Positions 1-10,619 of a DNA stretch of 32,897 nt are shown in pieces. A model generated the notes under the pieces. That model had not been told where the DNA came from, searched no databases, and was given only the letters and a program-made list of their open reading frames with translations. Each line of letters opens with the position of its first letter. The first letter of the stretch is position 1. Position numbers and translations under genes: made by a program. The DNA is from Catajapyx aquilonaris (Eukaryota): assembly GCA_000934665.2 (NCBI GenBank), contig KZ539119.1, forward strand, positions 1-32,897. The letters are read 5' to 3'.

Positions 1-125
1 CGATGGCGCCGAAGTGGGACATTTACGCGTCGCTGCTACGTCACTGCTATTAATCGCCGTTATAAAACGACACTTGAAGTTGGTCCACCCTGTATATAGG
101 ACGCCAGTAATATTTGGGCTAAACG

Positions 126-220
126 CCGCCCAATTTTCCTGCTCATGCGCGGATATCCCCATCAGCTGTTTAAGCCCCGCCCATTTCTCATCCTGCTCAT
201 GCGCGTGGATATCCCTCCCC
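126..220. repeat. Two-copy imperfect tandem repeat (~35-45 bp unit)
   Basis: cgcccaattttcctgctcatgcgcggatatcccc (~127-160) is repeated as cgcccatttctcatcctgctcatgcgcgtggatatccctcccc (~178-220). Confidence 0.8.
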
Positions 221-1595
221 ATATCCATTCTACCATACGAGCCAACTCTCCCCTAATTCCATGGTGCCATGCCGCATCTAATAATCCCCCGCAGCATTCC
301 TGGCCGAATCCAAAGTCATTAATATGGTGTCGGGCCCAGGAAAGACCGGACCCAGATGAAACTTGCTAGTGGAAGTGGTCGAGATTGAGCAATTTGAGGC
401 CCCCGCACTCCAACGTGATCTGTGTCATCAAGCGCTATGGTGCCATATTTTCTTCCTCCCCCCCCCCCTTCTCCNACCAAAGCCTTCGGGGATTGGCCGG
501 CTCTCCCCTTCCACCCATAACACTTGCTAGCTCTCGCTTCAGAAATTCAATTATGAAGTCGATTTCACGCTGGAAGCGATTTAAACTGCCGCTAGGGTCA
601 TTGACGATTTTTCAACTGTCAGCGGGCGTGGAATTCCTAACCCCACCCCCCTCCCCCCACCCCAAAAAAAGCTCGACCCTCCCAACAAAAATCTCTATTT
701 CGTATCATCCTATCACCTGGTCTGCCACAGAGGGAATACAGGTACCGCTCATTGCACAACATTAATTACCATAACTGTAACCACACACAAAAAAAATTAA
801 TTTACACCACACGCATAATGTGGTGGGTAAATCTAGGGCACATATTCAGAATTATACACCACTTTTGGAACACAAAAATGGGGTTAAATGTGCCACTTCA
901 TTACTACTGCATGACTGTGCATGCTGTTTTTTTTGAAACAAGGAACATTCCGCGAACTTGTACAAATATAAAGCATGTTAAATTATTCAAAAAACTTGGA
1001 GGGGTTTTTTTTTTGTTTCATCCAGAGGCAAAACTGTTGGACCTCTTTTGTGTGTACGCAAGAAAATCACTTTAGAGAGACCTGGGACCTGGAAGGACAT
1101 GTCTCTGGAATCAAATGGAAAATGACAGCTATTTGCGAGTGAACCGTGACAGTGCACAAGGAATACTGGAACAGGCCAGGGAGCAGGAGTATAGTCCCAC
1201 GACAAAATCTCCAGAGAGTCACGTAGTACCGGTTAAGGTCACGTATCAAAATGGATTCTACAGTAAAGATGGATCGTGTTGTTTTAAAAGTAAAAATTAA
1301 ATTAAAAGTTTACCAAAATTGATCAGACTCGCAATATTATNCCCCCCTGTTGGGCTTCAACCCCCTTTGCGTTTCGACATATGCTGGTTTGAAATTGCAG
1401 GATAATAATTTATCAAGAATTTATCCATATCATCATAATTATAGAGTAATTGCAAGTGTTTGCATGTATTTTAGGGGGAAAGGGGGAGGTTCCCGAGGGA
1501 GGGAACTGTAATTATAGTCATTTCTGACTTTCTGAAATACACCAGACATCGCACCAGACCTTTTCTCTTGGCCCTGGGCAGAGTAGTATTTGCCT

Positions 1596-1882
1596 CAGCC
1601 GGCCATGGTGGTGTGGTAGTTAGCGCGCTGGCATCTAGACCTAAATAAAGTTGTGGGTTCGAACCCGGCCGAGGTCGGTGACTTTCCTCCGGGTGGTAGC
1701 AAAGTGAGAGTGCGCCTTCCTTCGGAGGGGAAGTAAAGCCGTCGGTCCCGTGTGCTTGTGACATTGCGCAAGTGCACGTTAAAGATCCCCAGAGAGGCCA
1801 AATTTCCAGGAGGAGGACCACCCCCTGCCGTCGGTGTTGAGCCTTAGAGGCAGAAATAGGCCGACGTTAAGCCCCACTGAAC
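1596..1882 (+). mobile_element. tRNA-derived SINE with Deu/Nin-like core
   Basis: A-box-like tggtgtggtagttagc (~1609-1624) and B-box ggttcgaaccc (1656-1666). Core ccttcggaggggaagtaaagccgtcggtcccgtgt...gcacgttaaagatccc resembles the Deu/Nin SINE domain. Perfect 14-bp TSD agtagtatttgcct at 1582-1595 and 1883-1896. Confidence 0.9.
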
Positions 1883-1908
1883 AGTAGTATTTGCCTGTAT
1901 TATTAACA

Positions 1909-2236
1909 TCTTCTATATAAATAAAGCCGTTTGTGAGTCTGTCTGTCTGCCTGTCTGCCTGACTCTCTGTCTGTCCGCCGGCCAACCGTCATTTGCCTGC
2001 CATCTGTGCTCCACCCCCAGGCCGGGAGAGGATGGAGGTGTTGGGGGTTCACGACAGATGGCAGGCAAATGACGGTTGCCGTTATACAGGCGGGAGAGGT
2101 TCAAGTTGTTGGAGTAGCAGGACCACAGATGGCATTGATGGCCGGACACACAGAAAGACAGACACTTGACGGGGCTACTGTCAGGTGTTTTCCCTTCATT
2201 CATTCCTTCCCAGGCAACGCCGGGTGCCGCAGCTAG
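1909..2236 (+). mobile_element. Non-autonomous Helitron (Lep1-like), copy 1
   Basis: 5' end A|TCTTCTATATAAATAAA, then a (gtct)n microsatellite and a 24-bp internal inverted repeat (1984-2007/2054-2077). 3' GC hairpin cccaggcaacgccggg followed by CTAG|T (2233-2237). Reverse complement of copies 2 and 3. Confidence 0.85.
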
Positions 2237-2536
2237 TCTAAAATAATTAACATGTAAGAACAAGGCTAGTGTCAGGACGAAATGTTTCAACTGTTCAACC
2301 GAGCTGACTATAACTTTTAATATGAAAGTACATACAGTACAGGCCCAAAACCGCTCAAAACTATTAACTAAATCGAACCTGTATGTGCCTCTGAGTAAAT
2401 ATTAGTTAACTAATTAATAAGCCATTACCTCACTATCAAGTGAATCATTTACTGAATAATTGAACCACAGAGTAATTCCTACAGCAACACCTCTCAACGT
2501 GTGATAATAGCATTTTGAAGTAATTCCCCCCCCCCC

Positions 2537-2873
2537 NNNNNNNNNNNNNNNNNNNNNNNNNNNNNNNNNNNNNNNNNNNNNNNNNNNNNNNNNNNNNNNN
2601 NNNNNNNNNNNNNNNNNNNNNNNNNNNNNNNNNNNNNNNNNNNNNNNNNNNNNNNNNNNNNNNNNNNNNNNNNNNNNNNNNNNNNNNNNNNNNNNNNNNN
2701 NNNNNNNNNNNNNNNNNNNNNNNNNNNNNNNNNNNNNNNNNNNNNNNNNNNNNNNNNNNNNNNNNNNNNNNNNNNNNNNNNNNNNNNNNNNNNNNNNNNN
2801 NNNNNNNNNNNNNNNNNNNNNNNNNNNNNNNNNNNNNNNNNNNNNNNNNNNNNNNNNNNNNNNNNNNNNNNNN
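2537..2873. other. Assembly gap (N run) flanked by poly-C and poly-G
   Basis: Run of n bases; ORF calls crossing it are artefacts. Confidence 0.99.
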
Positions 2874-3438
2874 GGGGGGGGGGGTAGAAACCAAATTAAA
2901 CCACCCTTGCGTTTGTTGCCGTAGATCACGTGTATTGTGTGCGAAAATACCAAGCCTCCGACCACATTTTATCCTCTGTTTAATTAATTCTTCACCCCCC
3001 ATCCCCATCCCCCTTCCCTCTATACCCCTCAGGACATACCCGGAAACTTGGGCTTTTGCGGTCCAGACCTACAGGTTCCATCTACCATGTGGACTTCGAG
3101 TCAAATGGGATCGATACACTGTACCGGTTGATACCCAGATGGTGCTAGAGGACAGGGTACAGGCCTGGAGGTGGATATGGTAACTAAATGTTCGAAAATA
3201 TTAGCCTGATACATGCTAGGTAAATAATTGCGACATAACCACTTGCTAATTAATATTGGAAAATTATGAGGCACACACCAACACCCTATTGTTCATACAA
3301 CTAGTTTTAACCTATTCTTCATCGTGTTTACAATCAGTAACAGAAATCCATTAATTGATTGACTGTATTCACACTGTTGACAAAATGCTGTATTTTAAAA
3401 CCTTCAAAGCGCACTTGTGTTAGCATTTTTATTAATTA

Positions 3439-3762
3439 CTAGCTGCGGCACCCGGCGCTGCCCGGGAAGAAATGAATGAAGGGAAAACACCTGCCAGTAC
3501 CCCCGTCAACTGTCTGTCTTTCTGTGTGTCCGGCCAACAATGCCATCTGCGGTCCAGCTACTCCAACACCTTGAACCTCTCCCGCCTGTATAACGGCAAC
3601 CGTCATTTGCCTGCCATCTGTAGTCAACCCCCAACACCTCATCCTCTCCCGGCCCGGGGGTGGAGCACAGATGGCAGGCAAATGACGGTTGGCAGGCGGA
3701 CAGACAGACAGAGAGGCAGACAGACAGACAGACAGACTCACAAACGGCTTTATTTATATAGA
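3439..3762 (-). mobile_element. Non-autonomous Helitron, copy 2
   Basis: On the minus strand it begins TCTATATAAATAAAG at 3762, carries the same microsatellite and internal inverted repeat, and ends in hairpin cccgggcagcgccggg plus CTAG|T (3442-3438). Confidence 0.85.
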
Positions 3763-4100
3763 CTAGCAGGATACCCGGCGTTGCTCGGGTTATGAAATAC
3801 TTTGAATGAATCGATGTATCGATGCTACATCCAGGGTTCCTGCTTTTCTGCCCTTTCGCCTCCTGCGGCCAATGATGACCTCGGAGGTCAAGTCCAAATG
3901 GGCTAAAAACGTTTCCCGTTAAAAACTACCCCTAATGATCAGCCTGGGGCATACGTCGAGGCCTCGGAAACAAGGAGACATACGTTGTGATATATGTATA
4001 TAAGATTCACCAGTTATTATTGGACAAATCGTTTAATTTTGACTCCAGAGTTGGATTACACAGTTTCGACTCAAAATTGGACTTTCTTCGGCAATGTCCT

Positions 4101-5552
4101 CTACGGATCATCTTGGTACTCCATGATGTGCAGTCTGATCTCCAAATTCCCGTACCATCCCGAATACTCCTGGAACTTCTGATGTATCACTTCAGGGTCC
4201 TCAGTCAGTTCGTCAAACTCGATGGTCAGCAGCTCCAACTCGTCTCCGATGTACTCGGTAACAATCGGCAGGATACCGAGCGAGAACGCCGAGCTGGTGA
4301 TGATCATCTTTCGCAGACGGGGCATCGGATTGCACTTGAGCAGCGAGTGGAAAGTGGCGTCTTCCAGACCTTCCACCATGTCCAGTCGGAGTGTCCTGAG
4401 GTCCTGACAGGAAGACATGAGGTACCTGAGATGGGATTTCTCGAAGGCGTTGTCCCAATCGCAGATGTCCAGGTATCGCAGGTGACAGAACGGGGTTTCG
4501 GTCAGTTCTGGCATCGGATCCGAATCGACCATGGTGCACTCGATTATGTCCAGTGTGATCAGATGCGGAAACACCTTCCAGATGTACTCCAAGTCGACGT
4601 CCAAGCAGGTATCCAAAGACAACAACTTAATGTTCTGAAGGCTGAAGCAGTCTGGATTCAGAGCCACGTTCATCTCCCTGACGTCCTCCAGGTACAGCCC
4701 ATCGAGGTCATGCAGCAATGGACCCAGATCAGATATCTGCTCTGGGGTCGCCCCTTTTAAAATAAGGGTCCTCAGGTGGACCAGCTGGTTCAGTGGGCTC
4801 AGAGATACGTTGGTAGGAAGATCGACACTGATGTACTCCAGCATCGGGAAGTGTCGGACTATGCGATCCAGCTGCTCCGAGTTGGTCACAGGTGAGTCCA
4901 TCTTCTTCACCGTGTATCGTCTCTTGCAGTTCTCAAGCATGTTGCTCAACAACTCGTTAGGAAAACGTATCTCCTGCAGCTGCGGTACGGTGTTGAGGAT
5001 GTACAAGACGTCAGTGCCCAGAGTCTGGTCCCTTAATATCACGTGAACACGAGTCAGGTTGGGAAAACTGGCAAGCACCACACTCTGGTCTCTCGACAGA
5101 CCCCATTTGAAGCTGAGCTCCTGGAGATGAGGACAGGACTCAAAAATCAGCGAGAAGAAGTTGTGCTCGTCTGTTATCATGGTTGCTGGAATCCACAGTT
5201 TTCGTAGCTTTTTGAGGTACGGTATGCCGTCCATCAGCTTCTTCGTCATGCTGCTCTGTCTGATGTAGATGTCGAGGCATTCCAGCTCCTTCAAGGTCTC
5301 CAGGTTGTTCAGTACTTGTTTCACTATATTTGTAGTTGCGAATGGCTCATCGGATAAATTGAGGGTGGTACACATGGGATGAAACGCTGGGCGCAAGGTG
5401 AATTTATCCCAGTGAATAACGTCGTCTCTGTCCGAGGATGCTTCCTGCAGCAACGTTACTGTGTACTGGTCCGCGAAATGGGGCGCTATCATCGCGACGT
5501 AGTTCTGGATCTCGTTGTACAAGGTGCCTATGTTGATGCATATGTCCTTCAT
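4101..5552 (-). CDS. RNI-like/F-box-LRR-type leucine-rich repeat protein (483 aa from first ATG), coding region uninterrupted
   Basis: Open frame 4101-5648. The track start is TTG; the first in-frame ATG is 5552 (acgATG, A at -3). Repeated LRR units: CPHLQELSF, FPNLTRVHV, VPQLQEIRF, FPMLEYISV, LVHLRTLIL, FPHLITLDI, FCHLRYLDI, CQDLRTLRL, MPRLRKMII. More GC-rich than its flanks. ATTAAA lies ~65 nt past the stop. Confidence 0.9.
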   Translation of the reverse strand: MKDICINIGTLYNEIQNYVAMIAPHFADQYTVTLLQEASSDRDDVIHWDKFTLRPAFHPMCTTLNLSDEPFATTNIVKQVLNNLETLKELECLDIYIRQSSMTKKLMDGIPYLKKLRKLWIPATMITDEHNFFSLIFESCPHLQELSFKWGLSRDQSVVLASFPNLTRVHVILRDQTLGTDVLYILNTVPQLQEIRFPNELLSNMLENCKRRYTVKKMDSPVTNSEQLDRIVRHFPMLEYISVDLPTNVSLSPLNQLVHLRTLILKGATPEQISDLGPLLHDLDGLYLEDVREMNVALNPDCFSLQNIKLLSLDTCLDVDLEYIWKVFPHLITLDIIECTMVDSDPMPELTETPFCHLRYLDICDWDNAFEKSHLRYLMSSCQDLRTLRLDMVEGLEDATFHSLLKCNPMPRLRKMIITSSAFSLGILPIVTEYIGDELELLTIEFDELTEDPEVIHQKFQEYSGWYGNLEIRLHIMEYQDDP

Positions 5553-5611
5553 CGTGTTGTCGGACTTGATTATGGAGAAAAACTCATTTGGCGTCGGCAG
5601 ACAATAACATC

Positions 5612-5697
5612 CTGTAAGCAAAACATATACACTCTCAGAATAATTCAAGCGTTGGAAACAAGTGCAGTGGCATACACCGACGATACAGAGAACTTAC
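5612..5697 (-). other. Candidate 86-nt intron in the 5' UTR of the LRR gene
   Basis: Donor GTG|GTAAGT (GT at 5697-5696) and acceptor ttttgcttacAG|G (AG at 5613-5612). No in-frame ATG found in the ~90 nt upstream of the donor. Confidence 0.55.
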
Positions 5698-5788
5698 CAC
5701 CTACTATATATAGATAGCGCCAACAGTGCACTCTGCGCGAAATGTGGTGCGCACTCGCTTGCGCTCGAAAAATAAAATTATCTAATTG

Positions 5789-6094
5789 CTAGATGCGGCA
5801 CCCGGGGTTGCCCGGGAAGAAATGAATGAAGGGAAAACACCTGCCAGTAGCCCCGTCACGTCAACTGTCTGTCTTTCTGTCTGTCCGTCCACCAATGCCA
5901 TCTGTGGTCCTCCTACTCCAACACCTTCAACCTCTCCCGCCTGTATAACGCCAACCGTGATTTGCCTGCCATCTGTAGGCAACCTCCAACGCCTCCATCC
6001 TCTCCCGGCCTGGGGGTGGAGCACAGATGGCAGGCAAATCACGGTTGGCAGGCGGACAGACAGACAGACTTACAAACTGCTTTATTGATATAGA
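5789..6094 (-). mobile_element. Non-autonomous Helitron, copy 3
   Basis: 5' end A|TCTATATCAATAAAG at 6095/6094, same body as copies 1 and 2, 3' hairpin cccgggcaaccccggg plus CTAG (5792-5789). Confidence 0.85.
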
Positions 6095-6119
6095 TTCATA
6101 CATCCCGCTTAACATTTTA

Positions 6120-7424
6120 AACTCTGTCACTTATTTGACTGATAATTATAATACCTAGTTCATGCCTAGTTCCATCATGCTTACCCCAGCTGCCTGCTGC
6201 TTCTGTCACCAACAGTTTCTGCATCACAACTTGATTGTTGTCCAACGTTATCACCTGCTGCTCAGATATGCCGCTGCATCTTGGTGTTTCTTGCAGTCGG
6301 TTACTCAACTTGGTTACAAGTTTGCTGAGTAACACGCAACAATCCAATACTGTACAAGCTATGCTGCTGATGCACATGCTCTCCAGTGAGAAAGGTTGGT
6401 GCAGTAGAGGCATGGTTCTATACGGAACAGAAGATTGTTAGATTTTTTTTTTTTTTTTAAAAAAGTTATAAACGCATGAATGTTCTCACCTGATTACTGA
6501 TTGTCTTGTAGGGGGTTAATATGTCTCCAAAAAAAACCGATTAAGTGAGATAAAATGTAAAGATATGAAATGTCTTCACTCGCTAGTTGCACTTCCAAAA
6601 AAAAGTGTAGAAGCCAACTTTTTTTTTGTCGTTAAGCAACAGTCAACAATAAATTTATTATAAACACTCTGTAGCCATAGACTAATAGCCATAGCTACAG
6701 GGTGATCAGTATTCTTGTGAACAATCAGCAGATTTTTTTTTTTTTGAGAAGTCATTTTGTTACGAGAAAAGCCCCGTAGTTGTTCCCACAACCCATTCAA
6801 ATCGCCCGCTCCTATTCTTCACTCTTGTTTGCTCACTTGAAATGCAGATGTCGCTACCTCCCGTCTGGTCCTCTTGTAATATATAGTCATTGGTCGGAAG
6901 CCATTTGCCTTTTTTTTTTCTTTTCATTTCTAGAACATTCCATCGGAAGTCGGATCGTCTTCGCCTCCGTCCCTCTCTGCCCCAGGGGCCAGACCAGGGG
7001 CCTGGCTCCTCACCTGGAGGCGAACACACGGGGGAACAGAAGCCTAGGAATGTATAGGCCAGGCCACATATCTATTAATATTTGATAAGGGCGTGTTATT
7101 TCTTGATTTTGCTGTATACCATTCGCGTCCTTGGATGCATGTCATCTGTCCAGCTGTGAAGTTCCACTTTCATCTTGTCTTGTTCATGTGGTTGAATTTC
7201 CGGGTCTTTGCCGCCGGAACTGGTAAGTACTGGAGATGAACAGCCACTTGCTTTGGTTGGTTACCTTCAGTCTGACGATATGATAACCTTATTCCTGGCG
7301 TGCATTCATCTCCGCCAAATGTGTTGGACACGATGGCACAATCATTTTCCCAATTTAATTTCGAGAAGAAATGGTCAATTATCCAGGTGTGTTTTAAAGT
7401 CCGGCCGATCTGGGCATTTTCCAT
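6120..7424 (-). pseudogene. Intronless MATH-BTB (SPOP/roadkill/TDPOZ-like) pseudogene
   Basis: Fragments occur in the expected order on the minus strand. MATH start KHTWIIDHF..IVSNTF..VAVHLQY (7424-7170); MATH end KWLPTNDYIL (~6905-6876); BTB start LWEQLRGFSRNKMTS..LLIV (~6790-6720); GDINP..RTFMRY (~6530-6468); SLESMC..TVLDCCVLL..NNQVVM..GSW (6390-6185). Broken by stops and by frameshifts at poly-A/T runs. Assigned from motifs by eye. Confidence 0.65.
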
Positions 7425-8121
7425 GTCTAGAAATAATTGAAGTTTTGAATATATTATTTAGTGCGGGTTTGATTCCGGCTAATCCGTATAGTTTTACTTA
7501 CCATTATAGTTACAACTCCAGCAGAAGCCCAGCACTTCTTCCCTCTGTGCTGACCCAGTGCAAAAAGGATTAGCGATTGGACAGTTCGCGTCTTATATTT
7601 CCTTGGAAGGCCCATACCACACTGTCTATTGGCCCATTATTAAAGTCCAAGATCATTTTTAAAAAAAGAAAAAAGAAAAAATAGCCAGAATGCCACCCCA
7701 TTTTTTTCCATTTGACGGATAATTACATGATCGCGTTAATTTAATGGCTATCAAATGCATTGTTGGCCATGTATTGATGTAAGCAATAATATCGGGTAGT
7801 GTCTTTCAGTGGGTGTACACTGTAAAAAAATTTGCGGAATGTTTTTTCTCTTTCATGTCGGGTACCTTTCCCGTGAAGTGTCAGAAAGCTTTGAAATCTC
7901 TTCCCTGTTGCAATGTTTTTGTCGTTTCGAGTGGTATATCAGGCTTGAATCATGCTGTACAGATGCGTATGGGGCAGAAGTTCTTCCTTGGGGAAGGTCT
8001 GATGACGAGTGGCATTTTCATTTTTGCTGTACAAAAATTGTAATGGTGAATCGCTCTATTTAATAATGCTTAATATGCTGACGTTTATACCATAAGCAGA
8101 TTCCATATTCTGCTGTTGAAG

Positions 8122-8420
8122 TTAAGAGTTTCCATTTGCACAATGTGGATATGTGTGCCCTCCAATGCTACCATTTAAGCATGTGTTGTCACTTATTAGG
8201 TGGGATTTGTGCAGGTCTTGAAGAATTTGGTCCATGTCTTCAGTCAAATTGGTCAAATTTACAGCTTCTTCCACGTTCTGTTTCATCTTCCTTGCCTCGC
8301 AGATCCTGTTGTATGTTTTGGGAAGGTAGATTTGTGCTACATGCAACAAGGCATTTTTTGTGTAATTATTTACTGTGACAAGACTACACAATATCAGCAT
8401 TCAGTTGGGTCCATTGCCAG
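8122..8420 (-). pseudogene. Repeated degenerate ORF of unknown (possibly viral matrix/accessory) identity
   Basis: TEDMDQILQDLHKS..VTTH is homologous to 26090-26280 (PEDID*LLQYLHKS..VTTHVEM; shared catgtgttgtcactta and ggatttgtgcaggt). Weaker relatives at ~12200-12480, ~14820-14960 and ~28780-28930. Confidence 0.4.
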
Positions 8421-8563
8421 TTCACAACTATTTGATAAACAGTGCCAAAGATGAAGTGTTGCTTCAGAATTTATAATATCTGTGCTGTCTTTGCCAGAAA
8501 TATCAGTGCGGCTTATATCTGGTATACTACTGGAAAAAATAGCTGGTCTTGAGTGCCGTTAAA

Positions 8564-8631
8564 CCCTGGTTTTGAAACCAGCATTGCTGGTATGCTGGTG
8601 TTTGCTGGTCTTGCTGGTTTCAAAACCAGGG
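8564..8631. mobile_element. Small MITE-like palindrome
   Basis: Perfect 20-bp inverted repeat ccctggttttgaaaccagca (8564-8583) / tgctggtttcaaaaccaggg (8612-8631), with internal tgctggt repeats. No clear TSD. Confidence 0.7.
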
Positions 8632-10619
8632 AATGATGTTCATTTTGGGCGACACTTGTGGAGCACTAGCCACAAGTCCATCAAATTAATAAAAGTGTAT
8701 GTCAATTGTCCACACACTTGAAAAGTTCAATAAGGGTGTCACTTGATGTACTGTACTAAGTTTTAAGCAGCATTAACGACATTGTACACTCCCAAAGGAT
8801 ATGGGAAATGACATAGTCCACCTCCTCAATTCCGCAGGACGCTGTACTTCTTCGAAACAGTCATCTCAGAATTTGTGTTGGTCATCTTTTCATAGACCCA
8901 ATTACAACTATCGTCTCCTGCAACACATACTTTTCATAGTTGTAAACAGGAGCTTCTAATTCTCACTTGGCAAACTGTGGATGTGTGAATCATGTTATTA
9001 GTGTACTGATAGTGAATAAGCCATAGGCCTACTGCTGTTCTTGATAACACTTTCTATGGTTCCATGTGCTGTCGTCCTCCCTTTATAAGTCCACAATGAG
9101 TATCAACGTACGGTCATAAGAAAAGGGTTGGCATAAATATTCCACATAAAGTGTACATACATTCATGGTCGTATTTGATGGCTGCTGGTTGACTGTTGTC
9201 TGGATGAGGTAATTCCTGCAAGCATGTGATGCAGATACAGATAAGGAGGGTCAAGTAAGGTTTTTCTAAGCAAGCCAATAGGCTACTTATTGGTCGTGTG
9301 ATTTTTGAATGGTATTCCATGGGTATTCCTTACCTATGTTCCAGGCGAGCTTGTACATCACTATGTGAACTGGCTACTGAAGTTGCAGCACATGCTGTTT
9401 GTGAAAATTGCAAAATTTATTTGTATTTGTTACACTAGTAAGTGGGTGCATTATTTTCCTTATTTGCTCAATTAGGTGGATCACTTGTGAATTCAATTTT
9501 AGTCAAAAAAGTGAGTGCCATAATATTGTGTTTTATTGATACTAGATATTATTTTAACAAAAATGATAATGTGGCAATGTCAGTTGCTGGATGTCAATGG
9601 TTATCCTTGTCTTGGCATGAATCCGTACCATTTCTGTGAAATTTCTGACCCTATCCATGAACACGGTGATGCCAATAATTCTACTGGACATTTAACTAGT
9701 GTCATTTGCTTCCATCCAAGCGACGGAATAGCAGCACAGCATTCCGAACATTATGTGACACATAAATTGGCGCAGTTTAGGAACTCAGTGGCATACACAC
9801 AATGTGCAGTCCGGCAAATTTCTCATCCACTTCCAGTAGAAATTTAAACTGTGACGTGAAATTGATGTTAGCTTCACATGACATGTTATGTTGTGGTTGG
9901 TGCCAATAATTGTCATATTTCAAGTGATTGTCTGTGAAAATCATAAATGTTATTATCTGTTCCCTTCATCTGCCTGATACGACTTAAGTGTTCCGATTCA
10001 TTGGAGATATTTGCTCGGGAATACACATTTCAGTTGTGTTAACCAGCAACAAAATGATGGTCACCGTCACACTGACTGTTCCGACCTGGTTGTTGACTTG
10101 GCTAGAGAGTCTTGAAGGCTCTCTACACTCCTAATACCATTATAATTACATATATACTCTGATACGTAACTACAGCGAGTGTCAGTTCGAGTGTGTAGTA
10201 GTTGGGAGGTAAACAACTGAAGGGTGGATGTCCCTACCTGGTCCCTACTAGTCCCTACCATAGGTAAAGGAAGGATCAAACTATGTTCCAACAACAGAAA
10301 TAGAAATGACCTGGTGGATTTTCAAGTAGTAAAAAAAAAAAGGCTTGTGCTTTCACCACATTTTGTGCCTTGCTGATGTTGCAAAGTCCTCGCTTCATCT
10401 CTGGGGCTTCGTTGTTACATATGTCACCGGCTATAGCTGTAGTTAAGGTGCTTGTCTTCATCCACTTTCATCAGAGGATATCACATCAGTCGTAGCGTGT
10501 AAATGAAATAGTAACTTTGGTTGTCTTCCTACACAATCGATGTCCTGTACACCAGGTATTTTAAAAATGTCAGCGACTTCCGAGAAGGAATGGTGTTACT
10601 TTGCACAGCATAATTACAT

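Larger units (their letters stand above)
3763..5714 (-). mobile_element. Putative gene-carrying Helitron segment
   Basis: Minus-strand 3' end: hairpin acccgagcaacgccgggt (3790-3773) then CTAG (3766-3763), abutting the TC start of copy 2. Candidate 5' end A|TCTATATATAG at 5715/5714; the alternative 5' end is that of copy 3 at 6094. The segment encloses the LRR ORF. Confidence 0.6.

Noticed and set aside
1598..1675. tRNA gene
   Set aside because: A and B boxes are present, but the sequence continues into a SINE body bounded by a TSD, and there is no clean cloverleaf.
2414..3008. ORFs spanning the N run
   Set aside because: Artefacts of the assembly gap.
1909..3762. Helitron copies 1 and 2 as TIRs of one large DNA transposon
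   Set aside because: Each copy has its own complete Helitron termini, and no TSD flanks the pair.
3987..4760. 257-aa + strand ORF and other ORFs overlapping the LRR gene
   Set aside because: Antisense shadows of a GC-rich coding sequence; no recognisable motifs.
5553..5648. 32-aa N-terminal extension of the LRR ORF in the track
   Set aside because: Starts at TTG and overlaps a likely intron acceptor; eukaryotic context favours the ATG at 5552.
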